DNA from: a virus | Lineage: Duplodnaviria > Heunggongvirae > Uroviricota > Caudoviricetes | Strand: one strand, 5' to 3' | DNA: 10,678 nt | IMG/VR virus record: IMGVR_UViG_2698536549_000005 | Shown: positions 1 through 7,853 of the stretch, piece by piece | Position numbering within the stretch: position 1 is the first letter of the stretch | How the letters are laid out: each line of letters starts with the position of its first letter | The notes under the pieces: generated by a model | Told to the model about the DNA's origin: nothing | Databases searched by the model: none | The model's input: only the letters and a program-made list of their open reading frames with translations | Program-made: the position numbers and the translations under genes

Positions 1-1904
1 GCCTGCGGATTATCGCCATACACGTCACGAAGACGCTGCGCTTCAGACTCCCGCTGCGCCTGACGGTCAGTGAGACCACGGGCTTTTGCGCTGATGGCGG
101 CCTGCTTCGCGCTCTGCTGCTCTTCAAACCGTGCCGCCTGCTGTGCCAGCTCATTCAGGCGTTTCTGGTATTCAACCTTGTCGCCCAGCTCAGCCAGCTG
201 GCGTTTGTACTCCAGCGTCTCTTTCTCATGGGCCAGCAGGGATTTTTCCTGCCCGGATAACTGCCGTTTCGTGGCGGCCTCTTTCAGGACCGCATACTGA
301 CTTTCCGCTTTCCATAAATCACGGCGCTGCCGGCTGATTTTCTCATTCGCACCGCTGTGTTTTTCCAGCGTCCTGAGTTCAGCTTCAAGGGCAAGCAGAG
401 CCTCTCTTGCCTGCTCCTCTTCCCTCTCCCCGGCAGAGCGCGTTTTCGGTGATGTATGCTTTTTACCTGTCAGCTCTTCAGCCAGACGGCTGACGGCTTC
501 CTGCTGCCCCGGACCTTTGCTGACGCCTGTTGCACGCGAACGGTTGATGTACCCCATTTCCCCCTGGCGTATACGCGCATCCCGTTCCGCAATGGATTTT
601 CTCAGCGCCAGTTCATCGCGTTTTGTTTTCTCAATAAATACGCGGTTCTCTTCTGCCAGTTCACCAAACAACGCACCAACGCCGGGCACATTCTTTGTCG
701 TTTCCCAGGTTGACTGAATAAATTCAGCCAGCGCCAGATCCCCCTGCACAAGCAGCAGCTTCACCTGTTCAACGGTTCCGGCCACCACGTCAGTGATCAA
801 ACTGAGTGCCCCCAGTGTATGATCACCTATCCATGCCCATGCGTCAGAAGTCCAGGTTTTAACATCGTCCCAGATTTTTTCCACCGGCGTGGCCGCTTTA
901 TCAAGTTGCTCCAGACGTGCATTCATGACATCCGCAAACAGGGACATCGCCTCCGTCACCGCAGCCTGTTTACCTTTCGTGCGCTCAAGCTCATCAATAT
1001 GGCGTAACTGGGAAACGCTCAGGAAGTTATACTGCTGATTCAGGGAGGCCAGCGCCTTCACCGGATCTGCTGCAATCCCTTCAAAGGCTTTTTCCACCTT
1101 CCCGGCATCGTCCCCCACCGTCTGCAGCCATCTCTGAGAGGTTTCCCCCATGATCCGTAGCTGCCCGGCGGTATATTTCCCGCTTTCTGCCAGACGGGCC
1201 AGATTTTCTGCCGCCTGTCTGATACCACCACCGGCTTCATCGCTGATCACCCCGGCCATTTTCCACAATTCGGCCGTTGTGGTGGCAGCCGCCCCTCCGG
1301 TCAGGGTCAGTGAACGCAACAAGGCCCGGTCAGCCTGCTCTGCCTGCCAGGCGGCAGCAGCAAGCGCGGCCAGTACGGCAACCCCGCCACCTGCCGCCAC
1401 ACGGGCCACCGACATAAATCGTCCCAGTTCACCGGCATTCCGGGCATTTTCAGCCAGTGCATTTGCCGTATCTGACAGCGAATCCTCTGATGATTCAGAG
1501 GCATCCCTGATCCCGAGAAGTTCCTCCTTCAGCAGGGTAAGCAGGCTGAGCGGTCCACCGAATGAATCGCTGATCTGCCCCCCCTGCTGCAGCATGATAA
1601 GGAAGGGATTCTGACCACCGGCAAGCTGAGTGACAATATCCGTGAACTGTGCGGGCAGTGTGCGCATGGCAGCCTTATACTGTCCGACTGATATCCCGGC
1701 TTTTTGTGCAGCCAGCGCCTGTCGGCTCAGACTCTGCTCAGCAGCATCAGCCTGTTTTCTGAAAGACTGACTGACTTTCCCGGACATCAAATCAGCAAGC
1801 GCACTGGTTTCACCCAGCTCTTTTTTTACCCGCGCTGCCTCTTCAGAAAAACGGGCAGAATCCAGTGTCAGCACGGCTGTCAGATCGGCAAAATTACCTG
1901 CCAT
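1..1904 (-). CDS. H: Tail tape measure protein, lambda gpH-like; N-terminal ~634 codons, 3' end beyond window start
   Basis: ATG at 1904-1902 preceded by AGGAGGT Shine-Dalgarno; frame stays open to position 1. I hand-translated the start (MAGNFADLTAVLTLD...) and the segments at 1-59 and 61-120 (e.g. QQSAKQAAISAKARGLTDRQ, AQRESEAQRLRDVYGDNPQ), which closely resemble lambda gpH as I recall it. Sits immediately downstream of G/T as in lambda. Confidence 0.85.
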   Translation of the reverse strand, partial: MAGNFADLTAVLTLDSARFSEEAARVKKELGETSALADLMSGKVSQSFRKQADAAEQSLSRQALAAQKAGISVGQYKAAMRTLPAQFTDIVTQLAGGQNPFLIMLQQGGQISDSFGGPLSLLTLLKEELLGIRDASESSEDSLSDTANALAENARNAGELGRFMSVARVAAGGGVAVLAALAAAAWQAEQADRALLRSLTLTGGAAATTTAELWKMAGVISDEAGGGIRQAAENLARLAESGKYTAGQLRIMGETSQRWLQTVGDDAGKVEKAFEGIAADPVKALASLNQQYNFLSVSQLRHIDELERTKGKQAAVTEAMSLFADVMNARLEQLDKAATPVEKIWDDVKTWTSDAWAWIGDHTLGALSLITDVVAGTVEQVKLLLVQGDLALAEFIQSTWETTKNVPGVGALFGELAEENRVFIEKTKRDELALRKSIAERDARIRQGEMGYINRSRATGVSKGPGQQEAVSRLAEELTGKKHTSPKTRSAGEREEEQAREALLALEAELRTLEKHSGANEKISRQRRDLWKAESQYAVLKEAATKRQLSGQEKSLLAHEKETLEYKRQLAELGDKVEYQKRLNELAQQAARFEEQQSAKQAAISAKARGLTDRQAQRESEAQRLRDVYGDNPQ

Positions 1905-1947
1905 CGTGGTCACCTCCTGAAATGTCCTCTGATGCCATCAATAACTG

Positions 1948-2307
1948 TCACAACCTCCTTCCCTCCTCCCCGAAACGGACTCCACCGGCGAGGCCCGCCG
2001 CCTTCTGCATCAGTACATCATTTTCGTCCGGCGTCTCTGCCTGCCCTTCCTCTGCCTCCGGAGCGAACAGGCTGAAATCCGCCGGATGCATATCCGGATC
2101 GCAAAAAAACAGGCTGAGTACGGCGTACGTCAGCCCGGAAAAATGCATATCCAGCTGGGTATCCTGAAAATAATGCGTGCAGTAAAAATGTCGCCAGTCG
2201 GCATATTCGGTGGATGTCATCCCGGCAAGCATGGCGCGCCAGTCGGCTCTCCCCATCTCACGCGCCAGTTTCAGGACAAAGTTCAGCTCGCCTTCGAATG
2301 CTTTTTT
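1948..2307 (-). CDS. T: T segment of the tail assembly chaperone G-T fusion, reached by -1 frameshift from G
   Basis: The -1 frame relative to G is open from 2319 down to the stop at 1948-1950 and encodes ...MTSTEYADWRHFYCTHYFQDTQLDMHFSGLTYAVLSLFFCDPDMHPADFSLF..., which is lambda gpT-like. There is no independent ribosome-binding site; the frame is entered at a slippery heptamer inside the end of G. Confidence 0.75.
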   Translation of the reverse strand, partial: KKAFEGELNFVLKLAREMGRADWRAMLAGMTSTEYADWRHFYCTHYFQDTQLDMHFSGLTYAVLSLFFCDPDMHPADFSLFAPEAEEGQAETPDENDVLMQKAAGLAGGVRFGEEGRRL

Positions 2308-2705
2308 GATGTTACCGGCTCAGTCGCTTCTGCTTTCCCGGTTGGTTCAGGATCGGCATCGTGCCGGTTATCCAGCATACCTGAAAGATAAAGCACCCGG
2401 TTCGTTGCCTGATTCAGTGCATCAGCAGGCCATCCCAGCATCACTTCACGGCGGATCTGCTGCATCTCTGTCTCCGGAGAGGCCAGAGTGCCTTTGAGGG
2501 AATGGGAATGCCATAGCGACATCGCCACAAGCAGGGATGCCGTTTCCAGATATCGCTGGTTAATGTGCACGGCATCATGCTCCGTTGTCTCCTGTTGTGC
2601 TGCGTCTGAAACAAACTTCATATAATCAAACCGCTGCAGCGCAGACAGCTCCGACAGCGTGACGGACACCCCGTTATATTCAAATTGTTCTGTTTTCAGA
2701 AACAT
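2283..2705 (-). CDS. G: Tail assembly chaperone G (lambda gpG-like), 140 aa
   Basis: ORF-track protein MFLKTEQFEYNGVSVTLSELSALQ...LVAMSLWH... resembles lambda gpG in sequence and length; GGGGGGAG Shine-Dalgarno before the ATG at 2705; located between the major tail protein and tape measure genes. Confidence 0.85.
   Translation of the reverse strand: MFLKTEQFEYNGVSVTLSELSALQRFDYMKFVSDAAQQETTEHDAVHINQRYLETASLLVAMSLWHSHSLKGTLASPETEMQQIRREVMLGWPADALNQATNRVLYLSGMLDNRHDADPEPTGKAEATEPVTSKKHSKAS
2301..2307 (-). other. Programmed -1 ribosomal frameshift heptamer A AAA AAG (G to G-T recoding site)
   Basis: Minus strand reads tcA AAA AAG cat in the G frame (S-K-K, residues ~133-135 of 140). This is an X XXY YYZ heptamer in the correct zero frame. 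The -1 frame continues KKAFEGELNFVLKLAREMGRADW... into the T ORF without a stop. Confidence 0.65.
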
Positions 2706-2720
2706 GCTTTATCTCCCCCC

Positions 2721-3522
2721 TCAGCCCGCAGCGCCATCCGTGACGGTGATCTCCGCCACCGCCGCAAACTCACCATTGCNNNNNNNNNNNNNNNNNNNNN
2801 NNNNNNNNNNNNNNNNNNNNNNNNNNNNNGCCGGTGACAACAGGGATCTGCGCTTTACCTGCCGCAACACCTTTCACGGTGATCGTGTTCCCCTTCACGG
2901 TAATGGTGGCGAAATTCTGATTCGCTGAGGTTGCGCGGAACGTTTTATCCGTTGCGCCTTCCGGCTGAACGGCCACGGTCAGGGTGATATTCTGACCTTT
3001 TGCCACATTCCCCGTTAGTGGCGTCACGGTAATACCGGTGACCGGTGTGATTTCTCCCCGATCCTCAGCCAGCGACGGACGACCAATATTGGTGATTTTC
3101 ACAGTGCGGGTGATCACTTCTTTGGCGGTCACGGATTTACCAATGGCGCTCACCCAGCCCCGGAACACATCCACCGTGCCGTTCGGGAAGCGGATTTTGT
3201 AGGCCCGGGTCTCGCTGCTGTCAAACCAGGCAATCAAATCACGCTGCCCTTTCTCGCCGGGCTTCCAGGCCAGCGTAAAACTGGTGTCACCGGCNGATTT
3301 CTGCCCCTGCCCGGTGGATACCCAGTCAGCATCCTCATCATCCAGATAGTTATCGTCGTAGGATTCCGCCGTCATCTCGCCGGGGGTCAGATCCTTTATT
3401 TTTGCCAGGCGCGTCCAGTCATCATCTGACAGCGGGTTTGCCCAGGCATCGCCATTTCCGGTATAAACCCAGAGCGTGGTGCCGGAACCTTTTACCGGCG
3501 CAAGGGGATTAGGGAGCGTCAT
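2721..3522 (-). CDS. V: Major tail protein V with C-terminal Ig-like (Big_2-type) domain; interrupted by the 50-N gap at 2780-2829 and a single N at 3295
   Basis: ORF-track protein [27 protein letters not shown]... with C-terminal ...[27 protein letters not shown] resembles lambda gpV. The frame across the gap is unknown: the track ends it at 2770, but the post-gap sequence reads ...[18 protein letters not shown] (stop at 2721-2723) in another frame, which fits an Ig-like domain C-terminus and lies 15 nt upstream of the G start. Confidence 0.75.
2780..2829. other. Assembly gap (50 N) inside the 3' end of gene V
   Basis: Run of exactly 50 n characters. Confidence 0.95.
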
Positions 3523-3529
3523 AACGTCC

Positions 3530-3928
3530 TCACATCTGGTAAGTAATATTCCACTGGAGATCAGCCGATCCCCACATCATATATTCGTCATCCCGGCGAT
3601 AGTCATACCCCTGAAGATTCATCTTCAGCAGTAATGCACTTAGCCCGGGAACCGCCTCCAGCGCCGGAAGTATTTTTTCTTCCATCCACATATCCAGCAC
3701 GGAGTCCGTCTCTTTCGCCCTGAGAAACACCTCAATATGAAGCACGGCCTCCCAGGTCCCCTCGTCAACAAACTCCTCCGTCGCAGAAGCATCTGTCAGA
3801 TAAACCGCCACCGCAGGCAGTTCCTGTTCATCAATAAATACCGGGCGGCCGTCAAACCAGTTCACCCGCTCAGAAATATTTTCTTTCAGGGCAGACAGAA
3901 CTGCCGCCCGTATTTCACGGTGTTTCAT
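3530..3928 (-). CDS. U: Tail terminator protein U (lambda gpU-like), copy B, 132 aa
   Basis: Protein [16 protein letters not shown]...LHIEVFL...GYDYRRDD...ITYQM resembles lambda gpU along its whole length; its stop TGA is followed by GAGGA and then the V start. Confidence 0.85.
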   Translation of the reverse strand: MKHREIRAAVLSALKENISERVNWFDGRPVFIDEQELPAVAVYLTDASATEEFVDEGTWEAVLHIEVFLRAKETDSVLDMWMEEKILPALEAVPGLSALLLKMNLQGYDYRRDDEYMMWGSADLQWNITYQM

Positions 3929-3940
3929 ACACCCTCCCTG

Positions 3941-4047
3941 TCATTTTCGTTTCAGCACCAGGCGTAACTGATGCGCCATGGCCGTCATCATCTGCGCCGG
4001 TAATTTTTCCCGGTACATCCGGTCCCGTTCACGTTCAAAGGTTTCTG
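3941..4047 (-). CDS. gpZ-like tail completion protein, C-terminal 35-codon fragment (copy B), truncated upstream by the gap
   Basis: Translation ...ETFERERDRMYREKLPAQMMTAMAHQLRLVLKRK* is near-identical to the C-terminus of the full Z-like ORF at 4560-5189. The fused N-terminal part in the ORF track is an artefact of reading through the N run. Confidence 0.6.
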
Positions 4048-4097
4048 NNNNNNNNNNNNNNNNNNNNNNNNNNNNNNNNNNNNNNNNNNNNNNNNNN
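4048..4097. other. Assembly gap (50 N) between a V-like 5' fragment and a Z-like 3' fragment
   Basis: Run of exactly 50 n characters. Confidence 0.95.
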
Positions 4098-4141
4098 GTA
4101 CCGGAACCTTTCACCGGCTCAAGAGGATTTGGTGTTGCCAT
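4098..4141 (-). CDS. Major tail protein V-like, N-terminal 14-codon fragment (copy A), truncated downstream by the gap
   Basis: ATG at 4141-4139 gives MATPNPLEPVKGSG..., matching the N-terminus of the V ORF at 3522 ([14 protein letters not shown]); it sits 7 nt after the copy-A U stop, the same spacing as in copy B. Confidence 0.5.
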
Positions 4142-4148
4142 ATCGTCC

Positions 4149-4547
4149 TCACATCTCGTAGGTAATTTTCCACAGGAGATCTGCCGATCCCCACATCATA
4201 AACTCATCATCCCGGCGGTAGTCATACCCCTGAAGATTCATTTTCAGCAGTAATGCACTGAGCCCGGGAACTGCCTCCAGCGCAGGAAGAATTTTTTCTT
4301 CCATCCACATATCCAGTGCCGAGTCCGGTTCTTTTGCCCTGAGAAAAACCTCAATATGCAGTGTCGCCTCCCAGGTTCCCTCATCAACGAACTCGTCAGC
4401 AGCAGACGCATCTGTCAGGTAAACAGCAACAGCAGGCAGTTCCTGTTCATCAATAAAAACCGGGCGACCGTCAAACCAGCTCACCCTCTCAGAAATATTT
4501 TCTTTCAGGGCAGACAGAACTGCCGCCCGTATTTCACGGTGTCTCAT
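4149..4547 (-). CDS. U: Tail terminator protein U (lambda gpU-like), copy A, 132 aa
   Basis: Protein [16 protein letters not shown]...[26 protein letters not shown] resembles lambda gpU and is about 91% identical to copy B; GGGAGG Shine-Dalgarno before the ATG at 4547. Confidence 0.85.
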   Translation of the reverse strand: MRHREIRAAVLSALKENISERVSWFDGRPVFIDEQELPAVAVYLTDASAADEFVDEGTWEATLHIEVFLRAKEPDSALDMWMEEKILPALEAVPGLSALLLKMNLQGYDYRRDDEFMMWGSADLLWKITYEM

Positions 4548-4559
4548 ACACCCTCCCAG

Positions 4560-5189
4560 TCATTTTCTTTTCAGCACCAGGCGTAACTGATGCGTCATGG
4601 CTTTCATCATCTGCGCCGGTAATTTTTCCCGGTACATCCGGTCCCGTTCACGTTCAAAGGTTTCTGCCAGCGGTCCGGCAGTCGGAATCTTCACCACTTC
4701 GATCGGCAGACGGTGGCGTTTCGGCCTCCCTTTGCTGTCAGCGCCGGTGGACGATGATGCCCACGGCATACGCTGCATCACATGCCAGCGTCCGTTAGCC
4801 AGCCGGGTGATAAAGGCATCCGGGATCCGTCTTTTCCCCACAATCAGCACGCTGCCACCGCCTTTCGTGACCGAACGCTCGCCTTTCTTTCGTCGCTTTC
4901 TGCGGGAAAGCAGCACGCTGGCCGTCCCCAGTTTTATGGCGGGCAGATTACCGGTGTTGATGATGACCTTCGCATAAACCCTGTCTGCGCTGGCCCGTTG
5001 CAGGCGGATACGCTCACGGATGAGACGGCGCGGAACCGCCAGCTCCCTGGCAACCGAAGAGGCCGTTTTCGCGATGATGGACTCCGCCACACGGTTAAGT
5101 GTCGTGGCGGCAGCCCGGGGAACGGCACGGCGGTCAATTGCATCCAGATTTTTCATGGCCTGCGCCAGACCTTTTATTGCCATACTCAT
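4560..5189 (-). CDS. Z: Tail completion protein Z-like (lambda gpZ / minor tail protein Z family), 209 aa
   Basis: Protein contains motifs I associate with gpZ (...AVPRAA...LANGRWHVMQR...IEVVKIP..GPL) and is the right size and position (between FII-like and U); its ATG overlaps the upstream stop (ATGA). Confidence 0.7.
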   Translation of the reverse strand: MSMAIKGLAQAMKNLDAIDRRAVPRAAATTLNRVAESIIAKTASSVARELAVPRRLIRERIRLQRASADRVYAKVIINTGNLPAIKLGTASVLLSRRKRRKKGERSVTKGGGSVLIVGKRRIPDAFITRLANGRWHVMQRMPWASSSTGADSKGRPKRHRLPIEVVKIPTAGPLAETFERERDRMYREKLPAQMMKAMTHQLRLVLKRK

Positions 5190-5467
5190 TCCTGTTCGAC
5201 AAAAATCCGGGGTTTACCGTTGTACGTGTCATAACGGGTCACCGTCAGTGTGCGCCCCGCAAACACAACAACATCATGACGGGCCGGACGGTACCGGGCT
5301 GAAAACACCACCAGTGACAACTGGCTGCCCGAAAGCGCCCCCATCTCCGCGGACTCTTCCTCCGGCATCACGTCGTACACGACGCCGTTAATCTCCGCCT
5401 GTTTGCCCATCATCCGAACGGTCGCCACGTCCATCCGGCAACACATTCGCGTAAACAGATCAGACAT
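5186..5467 (-). CDS. Head-tail joining protein, gpFII-like (putative), 93 aa
   Basis: Small ORF between the head genes and Z; N-terminal pattern MSDLF...RMDVATVRMMGKQAEINGVVYDV resembles lambda gpFII (MADFDNLF...RADETIRGYMG...GVFDD); start overlaps the upstream gene by 8 nt. Confidence 0.55.
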   Translation of the reverse strand: MSDLFTRMCCRMDVATVRMMGKQAEINGVVYDVMPEEESAEMGALSGSQLSLVVFSARYRPARHDVVVFAGRTLTVTRYDTYNGKPRIFVEQE

Positions 5468-5786
5468 TGATTTTTACCGCCACAGTGGCGCTGTTTGCAG
5501 GAGCATTTTCCCAGGCTACCCCCGCGGCCACCGCACCGTCGGCAGCCAGCTGCACAACCCCGTCCTTCAGATAAACCACCGCGCCGGACTGAATGTCGTC
5601 AGCAGACTGTTTGGGCAGCAGGAACACGCCTTCGGCAAAACCGTCACCGGCCTCACCGGCAGGAATATCGGTAATGGCCACGGCCACCATACTGCCGACC
5701 ACCACCGCAGCACCGCTCAGGATGGTCTGATCTCCGGCATTCACCAGTTCAATGGTGGTACCGTCCTGTACAAAATTTTTCGCCAT
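5460..5786 (-). CDS. Small head-associated protein, probable decoration/cement protein (DUF2190-like), 108 aa
   Basis: Gly/Ala/Val-rich 108-aa ORF immediately downstream of the capsid gene, preceded by GGAG. The family assignment is from memory of similar small proteins adjacent to major capsid genes and is not verified. Confidence 0.5.
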   Translation of the reverse strand: MAKNFVQDGTTIELVNAGDQTILSGAAVVVGSMVAVAITDIPAGEAGDGFAEGVFLLPKQSADDIQSGAVVYLKDGVVQLAADGAVAAGVAWENAPANSATVAVKINV

Positions 5787-5806
5787 AATGCTGTTTCTCC
5801 GGACAG

Positions 5807-5823
5807 CCCCTGTGGGGCTGTTT
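5807..5823. promoter_or_regulatory. Perfect 7-bp inverted repeat CAGCCCC-TGT-GGGGCTG in the capsid/decoration intergenic region
   Basis: Stem-loop visible directly in the sequence, followed on the plus strand by TTTTT. It lies in the 5' leader of the decoration gene, about 15 nt upstream of its Shine-Dalgarno. Confidence 0.3.
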
Positions 5824-5832
5824 TTCAGGCAT

Positions 5833-5851
5833 AAAAAAAGCCCTTTCGGGC
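5833..5851 (-). terminator. Putative weak intrinsic terminator or attenuator after the capsid gene (GCCC-GAAA-GGGC hairpin followed by T7)
   Basis: Minus strand reads cactGCCCgaaaGGGCttttttt 23 nt downstream of the capsid stop; 4-bp GC stem with GNRA tetraloop followed by seven T. Confidence 0.35.
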
Positions 5852-5873
5852 AGTGATTGTGATAACGCGGTTA

Positions 5874-7853
5874 TCAGGCCACCGACGAACGCACCAGCCC
5901 GCGCCAGTCAAGTGGTGCCACTCCGGCATCAATACGGATTTTTGTGGCAATACCGTCAGTGGTGAAACCTTCCTGCTGATCAATGTATGGCGTGTCCACA
6001 CCATCCAGCCAGGCCACTTCAATGGTGTCAGTGCCCTGTGCCGCCGCCAGATACCAGGTTTTCGGATCTGCCGCATCAAGACGCGCTTCTGCAATCACCT
6101 CAGCAAAGTTCTGGATAGGGTTAATGACACCGGCGTTTGCATCCGCCCCTTTCACACTGGCCGATTTGATGGTCTGGTTCGCCACCGTCTCCAGTGCCAC
6201 CGGTACCAGCATAAAGGCCGGACGGATATTCAGGGCACGATCGCCTTCTTTCTGCAGGCGCATCATCTGACGGGCCGCATCCAGTCCGGAAACGGAGATC
6301 CCCCCGGTGGCAATATTTTTGTGATCGGCATGGAACAGCGCCTTACCGTCGGACAGTTTCGGGTTATCCGTCAGCACCTTGTAGACCAGGTCACCAATCG
6401 TTGCCTTCGCCGCACGCCCCATCTTCATCGGCACGTCCACCAGCATATTCAGATCATCATTGATAATGGCCTGGCGGGTGATGGAGAAAATCTCCCCGTA
6501 GGTGGCCAGAGCAATGGTCTCCTTGCGATCTGAGGTGGTGATGTATTTATACTCCGCCCCCTCACGAACCTGGCGCAGAGAACCAAAACCGCCCATCCCC
6601 ACGCGATACGCTGTTTTGAAGTCTGACAGGCGTCCCTTACGGGTCCACTTCTGGAAGGTTTCTTCTGATTCCTCCCAGCCCTGGATCAGCCCCTTGTTCG
6701 ACACATCCAGCAGGATATTGCCAAAATCAGAGGTGCTGTGCGTAAGCGCCAGCCCGACCATCTGCATGGGGTTATAACTGGCCACCCCAATACCGCGCTC
6801 CGTCAGTGACATACGAGCCCATTCACGCAGGGTCATCCCGTTATAGGCGTTATCCTTCTCGACATTTTCAAATCCGGCACGGGCCAGCATCGCCTGGCGG
6901 ATCCCGTCTCCCACAAAATTGCCGTTTCCGGCATAAATATGGGCCGGTGTGTTTTTGTTGGTCGGCGAGGACTCCTTGCCCATTTCATTCAGCAGACGTT
7001 CACGGGCCATTTCCAGCGAACAGTCAGGATCAGCCACGCACTGTGCCTGAAGCGTCTGATAGCGACCGCCGAACATGGCAAACAGATCGTTAATGCCTGA
7101 CATGCGGGCTTTCTGCTCAGCCATAACGCGGGCGCGAATGGTCGCCTCATCAGACACTGCCGGTACCGGTGATGGTTCTGTTACCGCCGGTGCAGGGATT
7201 GTCACTGTGGTATCACGCGGGGCACTGTTGCGTGGCGGAGTAATCATGTTTCGGATGGATTCCGGCATCTTTTTAAATTCCTCTGTACGTTTTGACTGAA
7301 TACATGCCATTGCCTCAACAGCGGGTGTCACCTGGTCAGCAAATCCGTGTGCCAGACATTCGGCACCGGACATCCAGGTTTCATCCGCCAGCATGGCGGC
7401 AATTTCATCGGTGGTTTTTCCGGTTTTCTGCGCATAGGCTGGCAACAGTACCGATTCGACTTTATCCAGCAAATCAGCATAACTGCGCATATCCTCAGCA
7501 TCCCCGCCACTGAATCCCCATGGCTTATGGATCATCATGAAGGCATTTTCCGGCATAATGACCGTATCACCGGCCATCGCAATCACAGATGCCATCGAGG
7601 CGGCAACGCCATCCACATACACGGTAATGGTCGCCCCCTGATTTTTCAGGGAATTAAAAATGGCGATGCCTTCAAAGACATCGCCACCCGGTGAGTTGAT
7701 GTGGAGATTAATGTGGGTGATATCACCCAGAGCATTCAGTTCGCTGACAAACTGCTTCGCGGTAACTCCCCAGAAACCAATCTCGTCATAAATATAAATA
7801 TCCGCGTCACCCGGCCCCCCAGCCTGCATCCTGAACCAGGATTTATTCTTCAT
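5874..7853 (-). CDS. Tripartite capsid gene: ClpP-like prohead protease + Pro/Ala-rich scaffold/linker + major capsid protein (Gifsy-2 type)
   Basis: N-terminal domain has the ClpP-family layout with a likely catalytic Ser in GVAASMAS and His in MMIHKP. The C-terminal ~330 aa is a major-capsid-like domain. The ORF-track start at 8045 is a GTG that overlaps the portal by 200 nt; the ATG at 7853 overlaps the portal stop by 11 nt and begins right at the protease domain (MKNKSWFRMQAGGPGDADIYIYDEIGFWG), so I take it as the more likely start. Confidence 0.8.
   Translation of the reverse strand: MKNKSWFRMQAGGPGDADIYIYDEIGFWGVTAKQFVSELNALGDITHINLHINSPGGDVFEGIAIFNSLKNQGATITVYVDGVAASMASVIAMAGDTVIMPENAFMMIHKPWGFSGGDAEDMRSYADLLDKVESVLLPAYAQKTGKTTDEIAAMLADETWMSGAECLAHGFADQVTPAVEAMACIQSKRTEEFKKMPESIRNMITPPRNSAPRDTTVTIPAPAVTEPSPVPAVSDEATIRARVMAEQKARMSGINDLFAMFGGRYQTLQAQCVADPDCSLEMARERLLNEMGKESSPTNKNTPAHIYAGNGNFVGDGIRQAMLARAGFENVEKDNAYNGMTLREWARMSLTERGIGVASYNPMQMVGLALTHSTSDFGNILLDVSNKGLIQGWEESEETFQKWTRKGRLSDFKTAYRVGMGGFGSLRQVREGAEYKYITTSDRKETIALATYGEIFSITRQAIINDDLNMLVDVPMKMGRAAKATIGDLVYKVLTDNPKLSDGKALFHADHKNIATGGISVSGLDAARQMMRLQKEGDRALNIRPAFMLVPVALETVANQTIKSASVKGADANAGVINPIQNFAEVIAEARLDAADPKTWYLAAAQGTDTIEVAWLDGVDTPYIDQQEGFTTDGIATKIRIDAGVAPLDWRGLVRSSVA

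Larger units (their letters stand above)
3481..4666. repeat. Two colinear diverged copies of the Z(3')-U-V(5') tail module (3481-4047 and 4100-4666, offset 619 bp), separated by the 50-N gap
   Basis: ATG/stop positions of U, the V start and the Z stop are all offset by exactly 619 bp. The U proteins are about 91% identical. Nucleotide identity is highest near the Z 3' end and U 5' end and lower across the U 3' end and V 5' end. Confidence 0.8.

Noticed and set aside
2334-2340. GGGAAAG (the lambda-type slippery heptamer) as the G-T frameshift site
   Set aside because: It is in the wrong register (zero frame GGG.AAA.G), and the -1 frame from this point terminates at a TGA (2320-2322) six codons later, before reaching the T ORF.
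2780-4097. The two N runs as biological features (masked element or insertion)
   Set aside because: Both are exactly 50 N and fall at repeat boundaries of the duplicated Z-U-V module, which is the signature of scaffold gap placeholders rather than real sequence.
3941-4141. The 66-aa track ORF as a novel V-Z chimeric protein
   Set aside because: The apparent fusion of a V-like N-terminus with a Z-like C-terminus is produced by translating through the 50-N gap; the two halves are fragments of separate genes.
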